From NCBI RefSeq assembly GCF_964355755.1, contig NC_092677.1, forward strand, positions 704,101 to 768,100: DNA of 64,000 nucleotides. The letters are read 5' to 3'. The notes under the pieces were generated by a model. The model ran no database searches, was not told the origin of the DNA, and saw nothing but the letters and a program-made list of their open reading frames with translations. The DNA is from Antedon mediterranea. Lineage: Eukaryota > Animalia > Echinodermata. Below are positions 38,201-53,200 of the stretch, piece after piece; within the stretch, counting starts at the first letter, position 1; each line of letters starts with the position of its first letter. The translations under genes and the position numbers were made by a program.

Positions 38201-41200
38201 AAACTGTAGCTTTCTTCTATATTGTTTACCATCACTGAGCTCAAACGTTTTTCTTAAGCTCAACATTTATTTAGATACTGTACAATGTCCAATGTACAAC
38301 AACAGCTAGGATCAAATGAGATCAAATGTTGAATGAAATATCATTTACTTTTTATACTACTTGCTTCCCTTGACTTTACTACATTAGTATATTAATATTA
38401 CAGACCTATCTGAATTTAGAACAACGTAAATTAGAACTATAATATGTAACTATATGAAACTGAAAAAAATATCTATCTGTAGCACATTCCATAAAATTTA
38501 AAAACATTCTGATTTAAAGAAGAAAACTGATTTTAGAAACAATTAAAATATTGAATTCGAAACGAATAATTTTTACACAATTTTCCTGATCATTAATACA
38601 CGACACCATGTTGGATTTTATTGTGTTATGTCAATTTGAGCAATCATATTAATGTTCCTGGCAAGCATAATTCTCAAAGTCCAGGGCGTGTCTCTAATGA
38701 ATAAATGTTTAATGATCAACTGTTTTTTGCAATAGATTTTAAAGTTCAATGTGGAAATTAAACAGTTAATTTATTTAGTGCCACAACTTCACAATAAAAC
38801 ATCTTCATCTACAGTATGGTTCCAACAAGAGTAAACAAGCATAGAATAATGGGGAATTCCCCTAAAGAATCCAATGAGCTAGAAATCAATAACATTACAA
38901 AATGTTTTTTTCACCCTGACAGGATTTGTTAAGATGATCCCTTGTCTCACCCCAATCATAGTACATGAGCTCATCTCCTATATTATTTAATAATGGTTGC
39001 TGAAATCTCCAATTAATCTGATTGGAAGAGGAAAATGGCATGATTCATGATTTATTCATGTTAGTTTTTCCCAATATGAACAGAAACTATACACTCCCAC
39101 GTCTTGTTATTATTTTGTTTTCATTTTCTATTTTTGTCAAACAAAATATCCAAATTGTCAGAATCATAGAAGGAAGTAAATAAAATAAGAACTGCTTGTC
39201 TCCAAGTAAACTAATGTAGAACAATAGAATGCACTTTTTAATTCAATATCTAACAATGATCGACCGCAATGCTATTATTATTGTTTCACAAAACATAAGG
39301 ATGTTGCTATGTTATTGTTGTTATAGCAATGCTAAGCAAGTGTTTGTTTATTAATAATTTTTTCTACTAAACATTGGCTATAAGATATAAAGTTATATAT
39401 TTATTCATCTAATAATACATTTTGGAAATTTGCTTTCCTTTGGCATTGACACATTGAAATACTTAAAATACAGAGATCATAAAAACAGTATTGCCAGTCA
39501 TCCATTTCCTTTCTATATTTGTGAACTGCTTTATAGTTGCACTGAGACTCTATTTCAATATTTAAAATTATAGCAGCTATTAATTAATATCATTTTAATC
39601 TAATTACAGTATCATGTTTTTCATTTAAAATTATCCAGTTTAAAATTTTACTAGATAATTTAAAATTTTTTTTTTTTCAGAATTTAAATATTTTTCTTCA
39701 ATTTGAAAAGCAAATATTATATATTGTACTGTAAAAATACATATATTTTTAACCATCACATGCAAAGGTTACATTGTTTTGGAACTGAGGTTAAATGAAC
39801 TATTCTTACACCAGGAAATGAAAATTGTTGTTTATGATACTCAAAGTATAATAATAGACAATGAGCAATAGAAAACATTTACAATTTAAAGAGAATGTCC
39901 TATAGCTTGAGAAAAGTTCACAATATCAAAATATTTTGGTTTTTTTAAATTAAAGGTTATTTACTTGTTAAAAGTAAACATTTCAGTATTTTGCACACCT
40001 TTAACAATGACAAAGTATCCAGACGAAAATAAAATAAAAACAATGAAAAATTATTGTATTCACACATTGAATAAAAAAAACAAGCATAAATAAGATTCAG
40101 TTTGCTGAATCCGCAGTGCATAAAATACAAATACTTAATTCAATTGCCGAGACTTTTTAGTGAATAATACATCACACTATCTTTTAAATGTTAAAATTCA
40201 AAAAACATTGTAGAATGAGGAACTAATGCTGTATCATGAAGTGCAAGGTACTAAAAAGTAAACAAGGAAATCAGCATAAAAATTACAAGCAAAGCAAACA
40301 AAAAACAAGCAAAAATTCTGTCAATATTCATACCAACTGTGTATTTTTTATAAAATCTGGATAAATTCCAAATTGTATTTTTCTCTCATTGCAATCTTTC
40401 AGGATAGAAATTGTTCTATATTTATATGGAAGAGTTAATTTTATAATAAAAAACAGTAGTGTATTAACTAGAATACGATATACACCATAGTAGTGTACTG
40501 ACTAAAGTTCAATTTCATCACTAACATTGGTACTAAGATTGTGTCCCACTTTAGGTTTGGTTCAATGTCCTTTAGTATTTCTTATATACCTATTACTGTA
40601 TGTCTTTTATTTGTTTGTTTGAGGGCCATGAAATAATCATTCTGTTTGCATAAAATCAATATGTAAGTACACCTACATTTACATCGGTGCAAATAAACAT
40701 GTCCTTTATAACCTTACTAAACAAACATAAAGCTCATAAACAAATCAATAACAAACTTTAAAGCTGTCTAAATAACATTTTTGTGCACAGTTTGGGATTT
40801 AGATTTTCACAACATGCAAACCACAGTGTTTCAGGATGCAACATCCAGAACAACTTACGATCAGTAAGATTTTTTCAGTTGCATTTTGACAAAGATCTCC
40901 TTCAAACTTATTTGGACAGATACATACCTCTGTATCATTAACAATTTCACAAATACCTTCATTTATGCAAAGTAAGGAACATGTCAAACCTATGAGACAA
41001 TGATGAACCATAATGAAATATTACAAAGTAATAAGTTCACACAAATGCTTTCCATGAACAAATTGAGCAGAAGCAAGCATACAACGTACAATATTTGCAG
41101 AGTGAAAATCAGCACTAATATCCTATAATTTTCATAAACCCAACAGGATACCAATTTAATATTTTCTGTGTATATATCTATATACATATCAATGAGTGAG

Positions 41201-44200
41201 TGGCCGAGCGGTTAAGACAGTGGAACCGTAATTACGTAGCCATAACATCGGCAGGGGTTCGAGGCTCACTCACTCCATGGTTCTGGTGGTAGAACGAGTC
41301 TTCTCGAATAAGGACTATCAACCGTAGGTCCAGTGTACACATCTAGCTCGTGTGCACTTTAAAGAACCTAGTACATCTTTCGAGACGAGTAGGGGGTACC
41401 CCGGTGTATTAGTACATCACATAAAAGCATTGTTAGTCGAACATAAATATGAATTGCAAACAAAACGAACAAATAAAACAATTGAAATATGCAACATTGG
41501 TTTTATGATAGCATGCGCAACTGAAAGCAATAAAAGTATTCTCCCAAATTTAGATTTTCCAATATTTTAATTTTACAAAAACTGAACTAATATATATAAA
41601 ATTAGAGAATACTAAAGCCAAAATAATAAGTAACCACAGTAGATACCTAAATACAATCACAAAAAATCCAAATGTATCAAAATTTAAATTTTCAATATTT
41701 TCTAAAGACTGTTTCTAATAATAATAATTTTTATATCAAATTGAAATTTGAAAGCCTAAAACTAATCACAAGTATTGCAAGTTTATTCTCAAAGGGCCCA
41801 TGTATTTACCTCTGTATGTGTTAAACCAAGGGCTCATAAATTTACCTACTTGTGTTAAACCAATCTCTGGCAGACTGAGAGATTGGGATGTTCCATTCAT
41901 CGCAAATCAATACATTTGTATAATCGTATATTAAATCTATCAAAATAGTATTTTTTTATGAAAATCGGCCGTCTTCAACATTATGATGCTGTACTCTAGC
42001 TGTTCAACCGGTTTTCAGCTATTAAAAACAATTATCGTAGGAGGAGATAGGAAAATGCGAAGCCTCCTCGCATTTTTGTGGCGGGTATTTTTCAAGATGG
42101 ACATCCATTAGACAGTGTATACCACGATCGGAAAACACCCTTATTTGGGGCAAATCGTTGAACCTAAATTCGTTTTAATCGTCAATAACTAATTATCTAA
42201 CTTAATTTAATTAGTAAACAGCGTTACATCAGGTGGTTAAAATCAGTACCGAAAGTACGAACCAATTTTATATACCATCGAGTAAAAATTCTAGAAGTAA
42301 GGCGCGATATACCGAATTTTGCCCTTACGTAAATTTATATATAGATGTACAGTTTTTAAGGCCAACATAGTTTCCCTACAGGATAATAAAGTGAGAATCA
42401 AGAAATAATGTAAAACACTGTCTACACTATCAAACTTCATGTGACAAAAAAATGTGATGTGCCCATATACTGTATAGACATGATAATGTCATATCACTAC
42501 CATATTTGAGCATATCACTACCACATATTGGGCACATCACACTTTTGTTGTCAAACTAATTTGATAGTGTAGACAGAGCTTAAGGATGCTGACTTACTGA
42601 AGTTTAGGGTTTTGTTTTAATTCAACTTCAGATTTCAACTACATTTTTTATAACATATAACACATAATTAGTCACTTTCACAAGCATTTGTGATATTACT
42701 ATATTGTCTACAATATCCAGTCACATTCACAAGAGCCATTTCCATATATGTACTGTACACTATGTCCTCCTCAAAACAAGCATCTTCATAAATACAGTCT
42801 ATTTATGGAAATTGATTAGATAATACCTAATGTCAAGTTGCACAAAGTTAACTACAATATAATTTTAGTAACGTAAAACATTTAAGAAAGGTACACTTTG
42901 TAAATTATGCACACAACTTACTGCAAGTCTTGTTATCTAGTTTCAATATAATTTATCAAGATGTTTAAATGTGTTGAAGTCGAAGTATATGATATTTCAT
43001 ATGAGTAAACGTCGTGTTGATACGTTGGATATAGAAATTGACAATGTTAAGATTCAGCGGGTTCATAATTTCAACTTCCTTGGTATAATAATTAATGAAC
43101 ATCTAAATTGGAATAGCCATGGTGATTATATTTCAAATAAGATTTCCAAAACTATTGGCATTTTAAATAAACTCAAGCGCTTTATCCCAGCAAATGTTAT
43201 GAATATTTTATATAACTCTTTAGTTGTTTCACACATACATTATGGTATACTGCTTTGGGGTTATGTTTGTAAAAGAGTAACAATATTGCAGAAAAAAGCC
43301 TTACATATTATTACTCAAAGTAAATACAATGCCCATTCAGAACCTCTTTTTAAAAAATTCAGATTTCTATGTGATATTCATAAACTATGCCAATTAAAAT
43401 TTTACTATAAATATTCAAATAATATGTTACCTGATTATTTTCAAAGGTTTTCTTTAGAACTAAATTCAGCTTTACATTCGTATAACACACATATTAAAGA
43501 CAACTTTCATGTTGTGAGGGTCAATCATGAGTTTGCAAAGAAGTGTATTAGGTATAGCCTACCTTTATTAATTAACAATACTGTAAATTTGATTACTGAA
43601 AAGGTAAATACACATTCTTTGAAAGGTTTTTCTACATATTTAAAAAATAATTTTATTTCAGAATATGATGATGTATGTTATATCCAAAATTGTTATATAT
43701 GTAATAGAGATGGGTTGTAGCTGTTCTGATATGATTTTGTTAATGTTATGATTTGTTAATTTTTACATTATATTATATACATGAGAATTATATATTATTT
43801 AAAATGTTCGGGTGGCTTCCATGCATGCGGCTTTTGGCCTTAATGGAAGTCTCCCTGGTCCTTTTGTATATTTTTTGCTTTGCTTTGTATTTTTTTTTTC
43901 TTTTGGATCAAATAAACTGATTTGTGACTTGTGTGACTTCTTAAAAGTTATTTTTATTACGAGTAACAAAGTATTAATTAACTATAATTTCCAAAAGGAA
44001 ATAATGCATTGAATATTCTATTTGAAACAGGTCTCAATTACAGTAATTACTGCAGATGTAACCAGGTATGCATAGTGTGAAGACAATTTTGTGGAAAATC
44101 TCCACACCGATGAGAGGCCTCTTTTTGTTCCAAGATGTTACTGCACTCACATGTATTGCCTGGTATTAAACTGACCAATCATAGTAATCAAATACTGTAA

Positions 44201-47200
44201 TGAGCAACTACAGAGATTTCACAAGGTTTCGCATATGCATTTGTGAAAACATGTAATAAGTCGGGAAATGAAATTGTGTTACATGTAAGAATCTATGCAG
44301 ATGTGATATAGCAATTTTATTGGTTGATGTTCAATTTTGCCCAGACACACAGCCTGGTATAAAATCTGCATGTTGGTCCATTTGAATAATAGTATACTGT
44401 AGTTAAATATCATTATCATTATGACTACCATCTATCTCAGATGATGGATAAACAGAGGTTTGGCAGCCTATACAGTTTTCTAAAAGTCAGTCAAATGGGT
44501 CATACCTATCCCGAAAATATTAGTTTTTGCTCGTCAAATTTCTAGGCCATCTTACTGAAGATTGATATCATTATTTTAGCGTCCACAGCGGAAAACGCAC
44601 TGGCATAGCCTTTCCAAATGTTCAATGTTTCGGCCTAGCGCGCTAGCATTGTCGAATAATTAATAAATATGACTTAGGCAAAATCAAGGATTTAAGGCAT
44701 TTAAGATTTAAGAGCCATTGTCTGTAAGAATCAAAGAAATATCAAAAAGAGTGGCAGACTAAAAAAAATGGATTTCTTTCAAATTTTGCACATGGCTATA
44801 TATGTGTTGAGAGAAATCAAATATGAAGTATTTTTTATTTCACACGTATATTTCCATGGCAACGGCCAAATTTGGGTTTTTGACAAATTTTGTCCTTTTT
44901 TAAGGTTTTTTAAAATGGATATTGGTACTACTTTGATGAATGATATTTTTGTTTTGTTCATTTAATTATAAAAAATAATTAGTGTATGCATAATAACAAT
45001 GCATTGTGTACCTGTTTCATATTTTTCACGCTGCTGCTCTAGCCCGCTACGTCACACGAGATGCTTCATTCATTAGATGAAATCAAGCAGCTTTATAGTA
45101 CTACACTTTGACATTTTTGTTAAAATGGAAACTCGACTATAATTTATAGGTACCACCTGTTGAATCCAAAAAACGGCTGGGAAAAGAGTCTAACGACAAA
45201 TCCCAAAGCATTTCTGGTATTTATGAGTCCCATGATGATATTACTATAATTCGCTGTCAGATAATCATTGAATTATTATCAAAACAGTCCATTGAAGTTT
45301 TTGTTTGTAATAGGATACTTGAAGTATCTAGGCGTGATGAAGTGACCCCCAGACTTGACCTTAGCAATAACAATAAGCGAGCAGCGTTTTTTGTAAGGAA
45401 TATTCTTGTTTATTTTTTTTTATTTCATACTTTGGGAGATACCATTTATTTAAAAAGGGGTGTTTTTCACTTTTTTAAAATTGTTCATTGCAACTAAACT
45501 TTACTTCACCATAACGCCCAAAGTGGTGAATTTTTTAGCTGATTTATTACAAATAGGTAGTTCTAATGTTTAATAATTGATTTCTAAAATAAAATACTGG
45601 GGTAATTTTAAAATCTACAAGCAGTGTTGCGAGAAACATAGGCTTTTTATATAAAAAAAACATGGTATATTAGTAAAAACATTTTATTTTCTTTGATTAT
45701 TTGATTTGAAACTCATTGGTCAGAAAAATTCTTAATGTTTTATATAGTTCTAGTTGTGTTGTGAGAAAAAAAAAAAAATTTGTAATTATAGATTCGGTAA
45801 TTCCCAGTTTTAATGTCATTTTATAGGTTATATCCTCTGGAAATTTGAATAAATTATCAGATCGTTGTGAATTTTAATCTTTGCAACAGATTACTCCTCT
45901 CTTATTTTGAAGCTCCTCTTTCATTTGTTTACTTCTTTTATTTGCTAACCTAAGCAGATCCCACATGCCCTTCCACCCCCACTTTCGACCCCCCCCCCCC
46001 ACCCCGACTATAACCACAAAAAGATAAACTGCAACACTTTGGTCGATCATCCACTATAGAGTGTCAAATGCATGCATTCAAGCACCACCCACACTGCCGC
46101 TACAATCGCCCCAATGAATAGATGGATTCAAACTCCTCCATCCCAACCCCCTCCCCTTTCTCCAAGCCCCCACCCACCCCAAGTTAAAAATTGCAATGCA
46201 AAAGATAGGACATAAAGTTAAGTTTTTAGACCCTCGCCTTCAACCCACTAACTATTTAAAAGTCCTAGATCCACCACTTTCCTCTCCCCAAAATAGAACC
46301 AATCAAAAGTCAATGATATACTCAGGTATGTTAATGCTACATAACAAATATTGAAGCCCTGATGTGAAATTTCATTTCATTTAAGGTCAGCATGTAAAAT
46401 ATCACACTTTATTATTAAATATTGGTTTTAAATTCTATATTTTTTTTACTGTGATGGTTGGATTCAGTATTAATTATTAATTAATAATTATCTGATAATT
46501 ATTTAATTTCCCTTTGTTATGCATAGCAACAGTTACTATGGTAACTAAAATTGAGATATTCTTTAGATTTTGCATATTTATCTTATACAAATTTAAATTT
46601 GTAGATTATTAGCAGGCATGCCTTATTTGCATTTTCAAGTTACCGTTTCACAAGGTCATATTCGTAAGCACTTTCTTCTGTGATTATTTTTATTCATGAA
46701 AACCCCATATTTTATTTACAGCGGCCACCTCCCTTAACGGACGCACTTTGAAAAGCCTGTTTGTTCTTCCTATCTAATTAATGCATTTGGTGCTTACCGT
46801 AAGCAGCTGCGGGCACCTTTTTATACTAAAAATTAAATTTTTTGTAAGCGGCCAATCGAAAAATGTGATACTTAATGCATGGACCTATGAATTAGAGGTG
46901 CATGTTTATTGTATTTCTTTATATATTAGCTTTATTTTGAAGATGTTTTAAAAACATTACTGTGAAGAGATGAGAAAACTACACAGATTTTGACCGACCA
47001 TTTTTCATATGATATAAAAGCTTTTAAAATTTGTCTGAAAATGCTAAGAAATACTAAACCACCTGATTATAAATAATAATAGGCCTACAATTAGCTGGAA
47101 AATTGAGAGGCTTGTTTCGTTTAACAATATCGTATATAGCCACAATACGTGATTTTGGCCCTTTATCGGCAGAACCTCCCATAAGGGGTCACCGCCCGTA

Positions 47201-50200
47201 AGCGGCCACTTTTCCAGGTCCCGAGGGTGGCCACTTATTACAGGAGGTTCAACTGTATTAAAAAAACAATTATCCTTAGTTACGCATAGAAACAGGTTCT
47301 AAGGTAACATAAATAATACATTTTGACATACCTTGACCCAACAAATGACCCTTTCACAAGGTCAGACATTTTCTGGGATTCAGTAGATAATTAAATTTGG
47401 GAAAAGGTAGTAAAGCTATGTAATCAATAGAGAGAAATGGCGAACCGGCGTCTAAAATCCGAGTGGGTATAAAATCATAACAAACCGTTGAGGGCGGCAC
47501 ATTTCCTATGTTTATACACGTGAATCATGGCGTCGTCTAACGTCTAACCAATGTTGTTGCTGTAACGCTCATAATTCTTGTTATGTATAAAAGTCATCCA
47601 TCATTCACAATCATATTCCTAAAAATATCTCATCTAGACTAGGCCTATAGTATTATAGTAGAATGGTGTTAACAAGTATTCATTACTGGCGATAGCCCCC
47701 TGCAGGATCAATGAAGCATCACTTAGCCACATAACAAAATGGCAGTTGTCAAGCTGAAACTAATGCTAGGCCTACATCTACTAGAGATGCTCTATTTAGT
47801 CTTACTACCTAGCTAGGAGAGTCTTAGCAGCACCCTAGCTAAATTAGTAGTAGTAGTAGTAGTAGTAGTACAGTATGCAATAACGAATTTCCAATATTAT
47901 TATTATGATTATTATTATTATAATAACCGATAATCCGTGCTAGGCTCGAGTACTCGAGGTACTACAGCATATACAGGCCAACTATCTAGGGCCTAGAGCT
48001 GGGTACAGTATATAACAAAAACGCGTCTTAATTCAATCCAAATTAAAATAAAATATGTTAAGATTTGTCCATATAACATTAAATTGTTAAGGAGTTGCAA
48101 AAAAAAAGATACTGCTATTATGTGTGTTTTAAACGTTCTTTTCTACCTACTTTTTTAACTCAACCCATCGGAATTTCCCATACAAAAACATGTGGCGAAA
48201 TGGTTTGTTTACAATCTATACCCACTAAGTGAAATTTGAGTGACGTCATCGCGGTTCGCCATTTCTCTCTATTGTTTGTAGTCATGAAACCCCATATTAA
48301 AAATATTGTACTTAGTTACACATAGAAACAGTTACTATGGTAAAATTTTGACCTCAAAATGAATGAATTTACAAGGTCAAGTTTGTCATTAGTAGAATGC
48401 AGTAGAAGTAAAATTGAGAAAAATTACAAATGCAATCAATTCTTTGTATTTATAAAAACGCCATTTTTTACGTTTTTTAAAAAATTACTTTCATTAGTTA
48501 CACATAGAAATGGTTGCTAAGGTAACACTATAGGTAAAAATTTGTATGAACTATCTTGTAAATTTTGATCAAACATTAATAGTTGTAGTAAAGTGGGGAC
48601 CTTAGTCCAAGAGCATTAGTTCATAAGTATAGGCAGACCCGGACATTTCTGGTAACAAGCTAATTTTTTCAGGAAAGGTCCAGAACTATGATTGGAACAT
48701 CATACTAAAAGTCCTGAAAAATCCTCCTTGTGCTCTCCGAGAAATTCAAGATGGCGTCCAAAATGGTTGCCATTTTAATTAGTCTATAACTTTGTAACCG
48801 CTTGTCGGAGAGTATTGATTTTGGTGTCAAATAGTTCACAGTATATACATTCCTATTTGCTCTAACAGAAAATTTTGTCAAAAAATGACCGCTACTACAG
48901 TTTCTGGTAGTTTGACCTTTGACCTGGTCTTATCATATCTCGGTAATGGCTTGTCATAGAGAATTGAGATTAGGCCCAAATTGTTCAGAACATGCATATT
49001 TATATTTGGTGTAATAAAATATTTTATCTCAAAATGACCGGAAGTGAGGTTATTGACCTCTTATTGATCTATTCCAATATCTTTTACCGTATCTCAAGAA
49101 ATATTTACCGTATAACGTTACTTTTGGTGTCAAATTGTTTGGAACATATACATTTCTATTTAGTCTAATACAAAAGTTTGCCCTAAAATGCTCGGAAGTA
49201 AGTTAAATTATTGAACATTTAAAAAATCAAAGAGCTGCATAGGCAGAGTATATGAATACTGTAGATAAAATCAAAACCAAAATTTTAACTCTGCCTTAAA
49301 ACATGTTTTTGGCGTAGCACATCTGCAATACGATGTCGGTTGGTAAACACTAACTCATATTCATATTTTTTCGTTATTTTTACACTGGATCTTGGAGGCA
49401 AATATAAATGTTTTTAAACATTTTTCAAAATTTTTTAACATTTTCAGCAATTTCGGTCGGTTGGTCAGTTAGTAAGTTAGTAAACACTAACTCATATTCA
49501 TATTTTTCCGTTATTTTGACACTCGATATTAATACTTGGAGGCAAATATACATGTTTTTAAAATGTTATCAACATTTTCAAACATTTTCACCAATTTTGG
49601 TCGGTTGGTCGGTCGGTAGGTTGGTCGGTCAGTAAACAATAACTCAAATTTGCACACGCTCATGCAGCCATGTATATGGACTGACTTATTAAAAATAATG
49701 CATTTTGAAACATTCCTTGTTTTAAATGTTCGTTATATGGTTTATTTATGATAAAAAGAGAATGTACCCTAGGTATTTCGCATCAAACACCCTTTACCAA
49801 GCATGCATAGACTTTTTTTTTCAGATTCAGATTTTATTTGGTACTTGTGGAAATCCATGAAAAAAATAGATTGAAAGACACAGGCAATGATCCCGGTACC
49901 TCTACTAAGTGAGCGCTCTACCATTTGAGCTAGTCCCCCAGTTACATATTTAACTGTTCAAAGATGAAAAAATGATGGCCATTTGCCCTATATAGGATTT
50001 ATTATATATTGAAAATAATGCAAAATAAGGGTCTTTAAATCTCTGTAACACTTGATCAGCAGCATTCTGTTACAGTCATTCATCATCTGATGTTGCATCT
50101 TCAACATCTTGGTAGTCGTTGCTTTTTTCACATCATTATCATGTTCATCTGTAGGTGTTGTTGCATGTTTGCCCAAAACAGTTATGACGTTAATTTGTTT

Positions 50201-53200
50201 TCATCTTTAAACAGTTAAAAGGTTAAAGTCTAGGCTTGCCAGTTAGAGAACATTCAAGAGTGCATTCTCTTTTAAAACAAGGAATGACCTGGTTTCATGT
50301 TTTAAAATACATTATTTTTACAAATAAAATGGTCTTTACATTTGTTTCTGACAATCCTGAGTATAATATATGCCATGTACATACTGTAGTGTTTGCCAAT
50401 TGGGCATTTTCATGCGAAATGTATATGACCTGAACATTTCATTTTCACAGTATCGTAAAGTCTATACATTTCCTAAATTACATAAAAGTTATACTTTTAT
50501 GAACAAAAATAATAAAATAACAAAAACAACGACGTGATTTTAACAAAGCACTAATTCGCGTATGTAGCGCGAGTTAAAGACGAATAAAGCATTTAAAATG
50601 TATTCATGACATCTACATATATGGGTGACATTTTGTAGCAATAACATTTCAACCATAACTAGTATGAGAATTTAGGTTTCCCTGTTTTTAGGTCATGTCC
50701 ATTTTTTGTAACAACTTAGTGTTACCGATATTCTTTGTTCTATCAAATCAGTGGTATTCATGTCCCAGTGGAGTGTGTTGAGGCAATTTAGCTATTTCGT
50801 TGCTCAAGAGATTCATATGATCAAAGTATTATTTACCCTCAAGGTTATTGTTGAAAACAACAAAACACTCTTCAACTACCCAATAAAATGTAACGCTTGT
50901 TGTGGAATAACCCATTTTTTTTTTAAATTAACCAACTTAGTTATTGACTATGCAGCTCTTTGATTTGTTTAATTTTCAATAATTTAACTTACTTTCGAGT
51001 ATTTTAGGGCAAAATGTTGTATTTGACTAAATAGAAATGTATATGTTCCAAACAATTTGACACCAAAAGTAACGCTATACGATAAATATTTCTTGAGATA
51101 CGGTAAAGATATATGAATAGGTCAATAAGAGGTCAATAACCTCACTTCCGGTCATTTTGGGATAAAATATTTCATTACACCAAATAAAAATATGCATGTT
51201 CTGAACAAGTTGGGCCTAATCCCAATTTTCTATGATAAGCCATTACCGAGATATGATAAGACCAGGTCAAAGGTCAAACTGCTAGAAACTGCAGTAGCGA
51301 CCATTTTTTGACAAAATTTTCTGTTAGAGTAAATAGGAATGTATATATCGTGAACTATTTGAGACCAAAATCAATACTCTACAACAAGCGGTTACAAAGT
51401 TATAGACTAATTAAAATGGCAGCCATTTTGGACGCCATCTTGAATTTCTCGGAGAGCACAAGGAGGATTTTTCAGGACTTTTAGTATGATGTTCCAATCA
51501 CAGTTCTGGACCTTTCCTGAAAAAATTAGCTTGTTACCAGAAATTTCCGGGTCAAACCCTAATGCTCTTGGACTACCTGTCCTGTTTTGCATTCTGACCC
51601 CTTTTGACCTCAAATGACCTATTTACAAAGTCAGATTTTTTGGGAGGTCTTTCTGTATCTCTTTACACAAAATAGATTTAAACATTTATAAAAACCATTG
51701 ACGCAATTATTTCAAAGTTTAACATTATTTTCCATCAACTAATTAATATTTCAATGCAAAATACTGTTTTTCTGGCAATTAATTGATATAAACCTGGCAA
51801 CACATTCTCCTATTTCATCTAAACTATTCGTATGACTCTAGTAGCATTATGACAAGCCACATATACATTTTATTATTGGATTAGCCATATTTAAATTGTG
51901 TTTGATGTGTTTTGTTTGTTGATATTTTGTTTGTATTTTTTTGTATTTTTCGTATTTTCCTGGCAACACAAAACCTATGTACGAAATTTACCCCAGTGTT
52001 TTTTTCGTGATCATTGTTGAAAAACCTATTGATTATCAAATTAAAAAACCTCATTGATTTAAAAACACCACTTTGGAAGTTATAGGTACGTTTATGAGGT
52101 ATACTTTTATAAAAAAAATAATTTTTAAAAACACCCCTTTTTAAAATAATGGTATCAACCAAACTCCATTTTGTAATTTTTTGTTTTCTACATTAAATGG
52201 AACTCAATACATGTTGTTTACACTGCTATAAACAAAAACTGTATACTGTAAGTATTTTTGGTTAAAATAAGTATACAAGTTTGTACTTTTTCACTATAGA
52301 AAATCTGTGAAAAATGGCAAAAACATCAAAATTTGGATAATTGACCCTTGTCATGGCAACGGAGGCTAAAAATTAAAATGAATGTTGTAGATATGCTTTT
52401 TATTGAAATGTCTATTCATGGTAAAACTTTGAGAGAAATCCATTTTTTAACATCTGCCACCAAATCTTTGATTTTTACAGACAATGACTCTTAAGTTATG
52501 ACGATTTTTTTGCTAAGCAAGTTTGATAAATCCAGCCCAAAGATTTAAGGCAAAGTTAAGACGATTTTTTTGCTAAGCAAGTTTGATAAATCCGGCCCCT
52601 GATGTTGTAATGCATGCTATAGCCTAAACTACTGTGGGAACAAAATGATGTATGTCGTGTAACCAAATTTGTTAAATGTGTCTCTGAATGAATTAGGCAA
52701 AAATGTAAAATATATTTTTCACACTTAAAACAGATAATTTTTATTGAAAAACTTCATCTGGTTCTGAATTAATACAAATCTTGGAATTGTTACTTCTTTG
52801 AAACCAAAGAAAAAATACAAATATTTTATTCCAAGATTTGTATAATTTTTGTTATTAAATATCTTTAAGGAAAAAATTGGAAAATAATATAAAATAAAAT
52901 TAGTGACTGACCTGAGACAGTGATCTGCATTGTGTCTGCAGTGGATCCAATGAGATTTGTAACATTCACTGTTATTTCATGAACTGTGCCTTCCTCTGAT
53001 GCAATGAATGTGAATTTTGCAGAGGTTTCATATTGATCAAGACCATCAATGCTCCAATTATAAGATACCTCTTTAGGGTTAGCTTCAACATTTTCCACTT
53101 CAATCGTAACCCATTTTCCAGGTTTGGGTTTATCTGGTTTTGTTGTCTCATATCTTGATGTATCTGGAAAATATACATGAACAACATTTAAACTATACAT

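Larger units (their letters stand above)
44712..52490. mobile_element. Kolobok-like non-autonomous element expanded by nested insertions
   Basis: TTAA|GAGCCATTGTCTGTAAGAATCAAAGA versus TCTTTGATTTTTACAGACAATGACTC|TTAA; further internal inverted matches (45440 vs 52130). Confidence 0.72.

Noticed and set aside
41194-41275. Functional tRNA gene
   Set aside because: The anticodon region is irregular and it continues directly into a SINE core.
49988-50176. Acidic ORF with a YQDV-like motif in an alternative frame
   Set aside because: Lies inside the Academ-like element, has no consistent splice phase and no domain match by eye.
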